Assembly (NCBI GenBank): GCA_016839785.1
Contig: JAEOTQ010000223.1
Location: forward strand, 1-33,860
Reading direction: 5' to 3'
Length of the DNA stretch: 33,860 bases
Source of the DNA: Candidatus Hodarchaeota archaeon
Lineage (GTDB): Archaea; Asgardarchaeota; Heimdallarchaeia; Hodarchaeales; Hodarchaeaceae
Below, in pieces: positions 18,295 to 26,875 of this stretch (position 1 is its first letter; the number at the start of each line of letters is the position of its first letter). Position numbers and translations under genes: made by a program. Below the pieces are notes generated by a model. The model had not been told where the DNA came from and did no database searches. It saw only the letters and a program-made list of their open reading frames with translations.

Positions 18295-20394
18295 TCATTT
18301 CTTTCGTTTCTTCTCGAAGATAACCAAGATAGCAAGGAATGGAATGACTGAAAATATCATGAAGCCTGGTGCGGGTTCATATGTAGATGTTGGTATAACA
18401 GCTGCCTCATTAAATATTGTAATGGTATCCTCCAGAATAACTGAATTTCCTGAATCGTATCCAACAATCGCTATTACTTTGTGTTCACCATTAGGCAGTA
18501 GAGTAGTATTTAACGCCTCTGAAAAACTAGCTAGACTTGCGGTTACTTTGGAAGACCAGAGTATCTTATCAAGAGTCGAGAAGATATAGAATTGGACAAA
18601 GCTGGGTGTGAAATCCGCGTCACTTCCAATACTTCCATCGAGACTTGACATATTACCAACAGTTCCACTAGGTACAGTAATTGAATAAGTTGGTGGTGAT
18701 TTTTGTGCGTTCGCTTGAAAATTCACATAATTCAATTTTTCGGTTCCCATATATTCTGTTGCAATTGTCATCAGGCTATGTGGTCCGTTTGCAAGAGTGG
18801 TTGTTGGAATGTCAATTGTAAACGGCGTACTGTTATCGGTGGAAGTGTATACTCCATCCAGATAGAAATCAACTTCTTTTGTCGAATAGAGGTATGTATA
18901 GTCAGCGTAATCAACAATCGTCATATTTACGGTAGTATCAGCTAGTAAAACCTCATCTGTAGAGACTCCTGAAATATCTGCTGTATAAGGTGAAAAGTAT
19001 TCTCCTTCATCATTGTCATCATTTGCTTCGACTCCTGCTTGTGTTTTTGCTGCGGTATAACGTGCTTTTGCCTCACTCAACCACGTTGCTTGTATTTGAT
19101 CAATTGAAAATGGATTCGCCAAGTAAGCGTTCTGGTAGTCAATACATTCCTCAGGTGTTATTGATGGGGTTGCCATCGCTCTTACTACAGACCTGAATTC
19201 AGCTGTTGATATACTACCTTTCCTAAGATAGTCTATTAACGTACTCCACGTATCTACGAGTTCATTGTGGGCGTCATTAATCGTGGATTCGAAGTAGAAT
19301 GTAAAGGCGTCGTAATTTGCTACCGCTTCAGTTTCATTAAAAGGAATACCGACGTTATTAAGCGCATTATTATAAGCTGCTTCAAGATCAGGCCGAGGAT
19401 TACCATGGCTTGCTGCATAAGCAAAAGAGTCAGCTCGAATAGGTAATCTGTTGAAACGTTTGTCTAACCACAAAGCTTGGCCTTCTTGAGAGAGAACAAA
19501 ATTTATGAAAGCTTGGGTTTCATCAAGATCATCACAAGTTGATGCTAGTGCAATTGGATCACCATTGATAATGGATTGTCCTTCGGGGAGAACATATTCA
19601 CAATTTGGATTTTCTGTCATTGCTTGATAGCCATAAAAATCAATAGTCATGGCTGCAGCTTGAGGACCAGTGATTACTGAATCACGAGTAGGTCCGGATT
19701 CACCTGTCATCTTGGAGTTGCCCCCCATCATGGTCATTAGTTGCCATCCCATATCCCACCCAAATGCTTGGGTGATAATTTGATACGCTCGAGTATTACT
19801 CGTAGTTTCAGGGGCATTACCCATAGCAACGGCAAATTGTGTACGTCCAAGGAACCAATCAGGACTTGCAAGATCTTGCCAAGTACGGGGCATGGGGAGA
19901 CCATATTTATCCATATTCGCATGATTAACGGTATATCCGAACGATGATAGCGCTGAAGCGACCCAGAGGTAATCTTCATTTGTGTCTTTCAGATTCATGG
20001 GTACTCCTGCGATATTTGCTGGAATTTCATTATCGATTCGATTTATTAAATCAGTGTCACTTACAGGCTTCAATAGTCCTTCATTTGCAATAATCGAGAA
20101 CACTGTAGGTCCACCACCCCAACAAAAATCAATAGTATAGGTTGTACTTTGTATTGCCTTTGCCCAACCAGCATTTGTTGTAATTTCTAACCAAGTGATA
20201 TCTACATCAAGTTCTGGATTAGCAGTTCTAAATGCATCTTCAAAAGCATTGTACATTGCTGAATCATGCCTTGTAATCGCTGTTAGCGTTACAGCCGCCT
20301 CTTTTGCCTGAGGTTTCGCTGTTACTGGAGCTAATGTCAGAAAAAACATAGCTAATATCAGCATTGGAAATAATAAATTTCGTTTAGGTTTCAT
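18295..20394 (-). CDS. ABC transporter substrate-binding protein (AfuA/FbpA-like) with two C-terminal Ig-like domains and PGF-type anchor
   Basis: Start ATG 20394 (MKPKRNLLF, signal peptide) preferred over 20478. Motifs TRHD, WGGGP, SSFGYTVN, PRTWQDL, IDFYG, NGDPIAL and FVLSQEGQ. Then VDFYLDG...TTTLANGPHSL and NTTLLPNGEHKV Ig-like repeats, APGF, TM helix and KKRKK. Confidence 0.9.
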   Translation of the reverse strand: MKPKRNLLFPMLILAMFFLTLAPVTAKPQAKEAAVTLTAITRHDSAMYNAFEDAFRTANPELDVDITWLEITTNAGWAKAIQSTTYTIDFCWGGGPTVFSIIANEGLLKPVSDTDLINRIDNEIPANIAGVPMNLKDTNEDYLWVASALSSFGYTVNHANMDKYGLPMPRTWQDLASPDWFLGRTQFAVAMGNAPETTSNTRAYQIITQAFGWDMGWQLMTMMGGNSKMTGESGPTRDSVITGPQAAAMTIDFYGYQAMTENPNCEYVLPEGQSIINGDPIALASTCDDLDETQAFINFVLSQEGQALWLDKRFNRLPIRADSFAYAASHGNPRPDLEAAYNNALNNVGIPFNETEAVANYDAFTFYFESTINDAHNELVDTWSTLIDYLRKGSISTAEFRSVVRAMATPSITPEECIDYQNAYLANPFSIDQIQATWLSEAKARYTAAKTQAGVEANDDNDEGEYFSPYTADISGVSTDEVLLADTTVNMTIVDYADYTYLYSTKEVDFYLDGVYTSTDNSTPFTIDIPTTTLANGPHSLMTIATEYMGTEKLNYVNFQANAQKSPPTYSITVPSGTVGNMSSLDGSIGSDADFTPSFVQFYIFSTLDKILWSSKVTASLASFSEALNTTLLPNGEHKVIAIVGYDSGNSVILEDTITIFNEAAVIPTSTYEPAPGFMIFSVIPFLAILVIFEKKRKK

Positions 20395-20628
20395 ATTCTT
20401 CAAACATCCATAAGTTGGTGTCGGAATAATATAAACTTTGGATGCTTTTATTTTTTTGTTACAAATCGGTGTATACAAAGAAATGTCTTCTATGTTAAGA
20501 AATTTGATTTGGTAAACTTAGAAAACTCATTTTGCAGAAAATAATCATTAAAAGCTGTTAAACGTTTTCAAGAGTGGGTTTTTTTTTAAAACAAATATAT
20601 TCCCCTCCCCCCGAGAAAGGAATTTCAA

Positions 20629-21723
20629 TCAAAGATTTTCAGGACCAAAAGAATAAAGTAATTCAGGATCGACATGGATAAAGATTTCTTGATTTCTCTT
20701 CAATGGTATTTTTTGATCAAAACGATGGATAACTACCTCATTTTTATCTGGTAAAGCAGCTACAATTCTTTCAAATGTCCCAAAGTACATTATTGACCTA
20801 ATTTTTGCCTTTATTTGATTAAGACTTGAATTTTGAGATCCAGAAACCTCCATCATTTCAGGTCTGACTACGACGGTAGCTATTTGGCCAGTATTAACTC
20901 CTTTTCCATATTTTGAGGTTAGCATATGTCGTTCATCACTTCTGGCATCTTTCATTTCAAGAAGAATTTCTCCATTCTGGACAGAGCTAACATTCATATT
21001 GAAAGTATTTGCCTCACCAATGAAGGTTGCTACAAAAGCATTCTCCGGATTTTCCCAGATATTACGGGGACTTCCGATCTGTCTCAGGAATCCTCGATCA
21101 AGAACTGCAATAATATCAGATATTGAAAGCGCCTCCGCTTGGTCGTGGGTAACATAGATTGCTGTTAAATTCAATTCTTTGACAAGTTCTCTAATTTTTC
21201 TTCTGGATTCCACTCTCAGTTTAGCATCAAGATTAGATAATGGTTCATCAAGGAGTAGTATATCTGGATTAACCACTAAAGCTCGTGCCAAAGCAACTCG
21301 TTGTTGTTGGCCTCCCGATAACTCATTAGGCATTCTTTTTTCATAATCCTCCATCCGAACTGACCCTAATGCTTCTTTAACAAGATTTTCTCTTTCTTCT
21401 ATCGGAACTCGTTTGATTTGTAAACCAAATTCTATATTTTTGAAGACAGACATATGTGGCCAAATGGCGTAGTTCTGGAAACACATTGCAGTATTTCTAT
21501 CTTGTGGAGGAAGGTAGGTAACGTCCCTATCACCAAATAAAATTCTTCCTTTTTCAGGAATGTTAAATCCAGCTATCGTACGCAATATAGTTGATTTTCC
21601 GCACCCTGAAGGACCTAGGAGTGTAAGAATTTCTCCCTCTTCAACCGTAAAGGATACGTCATTAACTGCAACGACTTCTCCATCAAATATTTTAGTTAGA
21701 TTTTCTACTTTGACTTCAACCAA
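20629..21723 (-). CDS. ABC transporter ATP-binding subunit (FbpC/PotA/MalK-like, with TOBE domain)
   Basis: Walker A GPSGCGKS, Q-loop FQNYA, signature LSGGQQQR, Walker B LLLDEP and H-loop VTHDQ. Confidence 0.95.
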   Translation of the reverse strand: MVEVKVENLTKIFDGEVVAVNDVSFTVEEGEILTLLGPSGCGKSTILRTIAGFNIPEKGRILFGDRDVTYLPPQDRNTAMCFQNYAIWPHMSVFKNIEFGLQIKRVPIEERENLVKEALGSVRMEDYEKRMPNELSGGQQQRVALARALVVNPDILLLDEPLSNLDAKLRVESRRKIRELVKELNLTAIYVTHDQAEALSISDIIAVLDRGFLRQIGSPRNIWENPENAFVATFIGEANTFNMNVSSVQNGEILLEMKDARSDERHMLTSKYGKGVNTGQIATVVVRPEMMEVSGSQNSSLNQIKAKIRSIMYFGTFERIVAALPDKNEVVIHRFDQKIPLKRNQEIFIHVDPELLYSFGPENL

Positions 21724-21788
21724 AAGATTTCGCCTTCTTTGCCATATTCAGCTCTTTAAACTGATTTTGCATATATTATGGGGGTGAG

Positions 21789-21804
21789 ATAAAAATCTTT
21801 TCGA
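21789..21804 (-). promoter_or_regulatory. Putative BRE-TATA promoter for the ABC ATPase gene
   Basis: Minus strand reads TCGAAAAGATTTTTAT. It shares the 11-mer TCGAAAAGATT with the element at 26570-26580. Confidence 0.35.
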
Positions 21805-21968
21805 TGATTGAATTTATCTGATAGCAGGTAATCATAAGAGAGATTTTATTCAAAAAATAAATTCTTTACCTACCGCCCAAGTATTTCTTCTTAGAACACG
21901 AATTTTAATAAGAGCTCGATGCTATATAATAAAAAAGGGGAAAGGATTGGTAAATATGATGGATTGAA

Positions 21969-23084
21969 TCATTTATTCTTTTTTACATTTTTACCAACCA
22001 TATATGAGAACACGATTAATGAGATAAGTACTGGTGCAAATGAAAAGCTTGGAGATGTACTTACCGTAGTATCTTCAGTCGTAGTGGTTAATTCTACTGC
22101 TGGAGGTAATGCAGTCAAAACTTCCATTACTTCTGTCCAGTTGAAAACTTGGACCCGATAATTGCCTTGATCAGCAACGACTAACCGCTGGTTTGTATGA
22201 TCAAATGCTAGACCATCAGGTGAATTAAAATAACCAGAAGCACTTCCAAAAGATCCGAACGATTGGAAAAACGTGAGATTCGTGAAAAAAACGGAAATTC
22301 TTCCCGCACCTTCATCATTCAGGATAATATTGCCATCAGAATCCAAAACGATCCCTTCGGGATCATCTAGAATTTTCCCAGGACCCGTATTCCCGAATTC
22401 CGTGAGTAGTGTAAACGATAAATAATCGAAAATCACTATTTTGTGCGCTGCTTCAGAAGCAACAAGAATTCTAGAGTTGGACTCATCGATTAGAATAGAT
22501 TCAGGTGCACCCAGTGATGATGCTCCAAATTCAGTTATAAATGATCCATTTCGATGGAAAAGCAGTACCGTATTCCTTTGGGTATCTACAACAAATATCC
22601 GATTTTCACTATCGGTAGCGATTCCTTGTGGTTCTTGGAATTCTCCACTGTTTGATCCTTTTGCACCAAATTCATGAATTTGAGTTCCATTTGGATCAAG
22701 AATGCGAATTTTTGCCCCAAACATGTCAATGACACAAATTTCCCCTAAGGAATTAATAGCAACCCCCTGAACCTCATTCTGCGATACATCGGAAAATCCA
22801 GTTAGATTTTTAACATAATTTCCATCCTTATCAAATACTTGGATTCGTAAATTCAAAGTATCGCCCACATATATGGTTCCATCACTAGAAACCGCCACAC
22901 CGTCAGGTTCGTCAAACTGCTCGACCTGATTACCTTGCGTACCTCCAATAATAAAAATTGGTTGGATTATTGGGGAAACTATAGATGTAGGATGGCCAAA
23001 TGTCGGAAATGAAGAATAGCTAAGGACTAATCCAACAACTAAGATAATAAACATGAGTTTTACATGATTCTTTTGTGATTTCAT
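21969..23084 (-). CDS. Surface-anchored six-bladed NHL-repeat beta-propeller protein
   Basis: Signal peptide from ATG 23084. Six NHL repeats (FDEPDGVAV, NEVQGVAI, FQEPQGIAT, GAPESILI, LDDPEGIVL, FNSPDGLAF), then Thr-rich linker, SPSF, TM helix and basic tail. Confidence 0.9.
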   Translation of the reverse strand: MKSQKNHVKLMFIILVVGLVLSYSSFPTFGHPTSIVSPIIQPIFIIGGTQGNQVEQFDEPDGVAVSSDGTIYVGDTLNLRIQVFDKDGNYVKNLTGFSDVSQNEVQGVAINSLGEICVIDMFGAKIRILDPNGTQIHEFGAKGSNSGEFQEPQGIATDSENRIFVVDTQRNTVLLFHRNGSFITEFGASSLGAPESILIDESNSRILVASEAAHKIVIFDYLSFTLLTEFGNTGPGKILDDPEGIVLDSDGNIILNDEGAGRISVFFTNLTFFQSFGSFGSASGYFNSPDGLAFDHTNQRLVVADQGNYRVQVFNWTEVMEVLTALPPAVELTTTTEDTTVSTSPSFSFAPVLISLIVFSYMVGKNVKKNK

Positions 23085-23192
23085 ATGAAAATTAAGAAAT
23101 CCAAATTTATAAATTTTTCTTACCGATTTCACTGCAGAATTACCTGATAAGAAAAATCAAAATTTTAGAAAAAAAAGGAGAGGGAAGTAATA

Positions 23193-25145
23193 TTACTTCC
23201 TTTTTCGGACATTAATTAACAGAACGACCCCTAAAATTATACTAACAAGATATATTGAAGCACTACTTGTAGTAGTTGTTTCTGTTGTTGTTGTTTCTGC
23301 CTCAACTGGGACATACCAAATCGTAACTACGTCACCCACAGATGGATTTAGAGGAGTCCACCCAGCTCGATCTGATTTCACAGAAGATACTTTGTTAATG
23401 ACTTTTACAGCCTGGCTCGGATTTGTAACAGCTAGTTTTGTTTTGATTGATGATCCAGCAGCTGAAGGTTCTACGGTTGCTTCGACAAAACCACTCGCTG
23501 GAACATTAACTAAAACATTCACATAAGTGTAGCCATCTTTCCGATATTGGTTCTCAATTATACCACCAGTACAGTCATAATCTCCGTTGGGCATCTTAAA
23601 TGAAATTTTTGCATTTGTAAATGCCTCGCTGTGATCATTGGTTAATCGTCCTACAAGTGTAGAATGTGTTCCATCACTTTCAACTTCTTCCGCACCATCT
23701 TTGTAAGTTATTGCTAGTTTACCTAGGGGGTAAGTACCGTCTCCAGTTCCATTTCCCCATGAGTCGAAGGCATCATTGCTTACCTTTATCAGACTAAATC
23801 CATGAGGAGCTGAAGTTACTGAAATATACTGTACGCCTTGAAAGATATCACTTCCATCAATTCCGATAGATGAATGGACATAATAATCCACAGCGTGTGT
23901 TGTCATATGATCAAGAATTGCTTCTGCTTGATCTATTCGAATACACTGCTCAAACATTTGTGTAGGTATATAAGAAGGAGCAGTTGGTTCCCATGCATCC
24001 TTAATCGGATCATGAAGGAAGATTGTTTTCATATTTGCAGAAGAGCCAGAACCTAAGGATGAATCTAAAAAGGCAATTTCAGAGACATCAGGGCGATGAT
24101 CACCAGGATAGATTGAGGTGTAGAAATGATCACCAATCCACCAGTCACGATGTCGTGGACCAACAATTCTTTCAAAGGCACCCATACCCATACCCCAATG
24201 AGGCCAGGCTCCTTCGGATCCTTCAAAGCGTTCCCGATGGCCTGTAGCCATATATTGAGGTACGGAAAGGAATTCTTGTAAGTAGTCACGATATAAACGA
24301 AAAGTTGGTTCGTCACCCGAAGAAGAGATCGAACCAAGATTAACAGTAAACAGTGGATTCACAATCGAAATATCAGACATGATTTGATTAAGGTTGAAAG
24401 CGCCTCGTCCACCACTAGGATCAATTTCTTGATCTCCAAAAATCACAATGGTGTAGTCAGTAGGAATACTTGGTTCAATACGCAGAGAATGGGGTTCAAA
24501 ATCGGAACGAACTTTACCTCCATGGGTTGTATAAAGCGTTAGATCATACAATCCAACCTGAAGACTTGGTAATGTAAATGTAACATTCCAATCCGTGCCC
24601 ACATTTTCCGAAGATATTTCCGACAAAGAAATCGGAGTTTCTAGCATACCTGTTATATTCAACTTCCAATTTGTAGTTGAAACAGGGCCGTTAGCTTTAA
24701 CAACAAGCGTACTAGCGCTCGTGGTGATTCTTGGTGTACACATGTTTGGATCTATCAGCTGGATACGATAATCTTTATATTCTGGATTAATAGACCAGTA
24801 GGCGAGATCATTCCTATCGGTTGTAGTTCCTGAACTAAAAAGCATCCTTAATTGATCTGGGAGATCATTTGCCCATGTTATTTCAGTTTCCCAAATGCCA
24901 GAACTATTTTTGGTCAATGGTAGTTTTATAAAGCGACCTTGGAACCCCTGTCCAATCGTATCAGTAGACCAAAGTTGAGTTATTGGTACTACGTTATCAC
25001 TGCCTTCAATTGATTGGGCTAATTCCACATCAATGCTTGTCACGTTATTGGGGATAGGACCATCCACCAATGGACTACTTGATGCAGGTTGAAAGTTCAA
25101 AAAAAATATTATTACTAAAAACGTTATGATTTTTCTATCTCTCAA
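23193..25145 (-). CDS. Surface-anchored calcineurin-like metallophosphoesterase paralog with degenerate metal motifs and a split CBM-like domain
   Basis: Colinear with 26876-28573 (GRFI..P+T, GLYDLT, H.+.+.P, G.G.FE+I+GP), but the motifs read GDQE, NLGSI, TGHRE, LHDP and VHSSI. Has signal peptide, Thr linker, TM helix and RKRK. Confidence 0.75.
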   Translation of the reverse strand: MRDRKIITFLVIIFFLNFQPASSSPLVDGPIPNNVTSIDVELAQSIEGSDNVVPITQLWSTDTIGQGFQGRFIKLPLTKNSSGIWETEITWANDLPDQLRMLFSSGTTTDRNDLAYWSINPEYKDYRIQLIDPNMCTPRITTSASTLVVKANGPVSTTNWKLNITGMLETPISLSEISSENVGTDWNVTFTLPSLQVGLYDLTLYTTHGGKVRSDFEPHSLRIEPSIPTDYTIVIFGDQEIDPSGGRGAFNLNQIMSDISIVNPLFTVNLGSISSSGDEPTFRLYRDYLQEFLSVPQYMATGHRERFEGSEGAWPHWGMGMGAFERIVGPRHRDWWIGDHFYTSIYPGDHRPDVSEIAFLDSSLGSGSSANMKTIFLHDPIKDAWEPTAPSYIPTQMFEQCIRIDQAEAILDHMTTHAVDYYVHSSIGIDGSDIFQGVQYISVTSAPHGFSLIKVSNDAFDSWGNGTGDGTYPLGKLAITYKDGAEEVESDGTHSTLVGRLTNDHSEAFTNAKISFKMPNGDYDCTGGIIENQYRKDGYTYVNVLVNVPASGFVEATVEPSAAGSSIKTKLAVTNPSQAVKVINKVSSVKSDRAGWTPLNPSVGDVVTIWYVPVEAETTTTETTTTSSASIYLVSIILGVVLLINVRKRK

Positions 25146-25410
25146 ATTTACACTTCCTTTTCATAATAAATATGGGGTAAACCATATATTGAAAATTCTG
25201 ATAAGTGTTTTCCACCAAATAATATGTCACTATAAAAGATGTAAAATATTGGTGATCAAGGTGATAGATATGAAGGAGAATTAGGAATGTCGGTTCGAAG
25301 AGCATTAGGCTGATATTTTTGAGAATCACCTAAAAAAAACTTGTTCAGATCCAATACAGAGGGAAAATGAGATTCTAGAAGCAATCGAGAAAAATATTTA
25401 ATCTCAAATC

Positions 25411-25462
25411 ACAAAAAAGGTCAAAAAAATAAATAAAAAAATAAAAAGGGATAGGAAAAAAG
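25411..25462 (-). terminator. Oligo(U)-rich archaeal terminator region
   Basis: Several A-runs on the + strand (T-runs on the coding strand) directly after the stop of 25468-26478. Confidence 0.4.
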
Positions 25463-25467
25463 TTTCC

Positions 25468-26478
25468 TTATTTCCTTCGTCGAGCTATTGCGGGGATGAT
25501 TGCCAGAGCAATGAAAACAGTCATGATTTCAAACCCAGGAGCACCCATACTGAGTTTTCCTGAAAACCAATCGAGAATATTGTGAGTCATTTCAGGATTC
25601 TGCAATGCAGTATTGTTTCGATATCGGGTTGCAATATCAAACATATTTTTGTAATCAGCGAATATAGATTCCCCTGTTAGCACTAATTTATTTTTACTAT
25701 CAGTTAAATCCCATTCACAGGCTGCCATTGGAATTGATTCGTTTACACCAACTGCGTAACCTTCCCAATATGCATCGTCATCAAAGTCTTGATCAGCAAC
25801 CGCACCAGTTGAAGAAGTTTTGATTAACCATTGATAATCATGATCATCAAATTCTTTATCCATAACACCTGTAACATTCCGACCTGTGCCTGTGTAGCTT
25901 TTGTATGCAACCACATTGGCTGGTCCATGCATTGAGATATTCTCGACACCTTTCATGATGTATTTCGCTGGATTGTCGTCCAGATTTGGAACACTAGCGA
26001 CTACTCGATATCCAGACCCATCATTCATTACTTCATCATTCACTGCATCATCTTGAATGAAGATATGCCCACCAACTGCCATGACGACATCATTAACACC
26101 TACGTGGGTAGTGTTAAGTCCATGAGGATACCAATATCCACCATAATCAGATTCACCGACAACCCAAAGGCCTCTGTCTGATTCTGCTCCAAACCATGTG
26201 TTTATAACAGCAACTTCTGCTGTTAAGACGTAGTCAGGGGCATTAACAATGAGAATGTCAATCCCTTCAAGAACGGTTGCGTTTAATCCTGTTTCCAGGG
26301 TGTTTATATCATAACCCCAGTCTGTTGCATTACCTTTGAGGGCTTCGACCTCAACATGGTAACCGCCATTGGATGTCCATACTAATACTTGAACATTGTC
26401 TGCCGCTTGAGCTTGAAAAGAAGAGAGGGCAGCGAGCATTAGTAAAGCCATGCTAAATATAACTGCTGTTTTTTTCAT
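25468..26478 (-). CDS. Secreted GIFT/DUF4350-like (class I glutamine amidotransferase-like fold) protein with PGF-type anchor
   Basis: Signal peptide (AQA/A), LEGIDILIVNAP, AEVAVINTWF, GLWVVGESDYGG, DDAVND...YRVVA, KLVLTGESIF and NILDW, then APGF, TM helix and RRRK. Confidence 0.6.
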   Translation of the reverse strand: MKKTAVIFSMALLMLAALSSFQAQAADNVQVLVWTSNGGYHVEVEALKGNATDWGYDINTLETGLNATVLEGIDILIVNAPDYVLTAEVAVINTWFGAESDRGLWVVGESDYGGYWYPHGLNTTHVGVNDVVMAVGGHIFIQDDAVNDEVMNDGSGYRVVASVPNLDDNPAKYIMKGVENISMHGPANVVAYKSYTGTGRNVTGVMDKEFDDHDYQWLIKTSSTGAVADQDFDDDAYWEGYAVGVNESIPMAACEWDLTDSKNKLVLTGESIFADYKNMFDIATRYRNNTALQNPEMTHNILDWFSGKLSMGAPGFEIMTVFIALAIIPAIARRRK

Positions 26479-26563
26479 TTTATTTACACTTCCACATTAA
26501 CAAGAATTTGTTGTGAAATTGTGAAATGCCATTTAGACACTCGTACAGACTCCCTAGTTCCCT

Positions 26564-26580
26564 CTTTATAATCTTTTCGA
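26564..26580 (-). promoter_or_regulatory. Putative BRE-TATA promoter
   Basis: Minus strand reads TCGAAAAGATTATAAAG: purine-rich BRE followed by TTATAAA, about 85 nt upstream of ATG 26478. Confidence 0.45.
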
Positions 26581-26875
26581 AGATCTTGCTTTATATACCA
26601 AGTTTTAGTTCTTTATTCGAGTTAATTGAGTTTCAGAATTCTCAGTTAAAGAAGAAATTTGCTATTAATCTCAAATTTCGGCAATATCTGTGAATTTTTC
26701 TCACATAAACTGGCAACTTAAGCGTCATTACAATCCATAATTCAATTTCCTTGCTTTAACTTGAATACAAAATCAAAATTCCATGGAAAAGCGAAACAAT
26801 AGGGGATAGTAGATAACCAATCTATCAGACGGTTCAAAGACATTTTAAACTATTGATATTTTTATGATTTAATTC

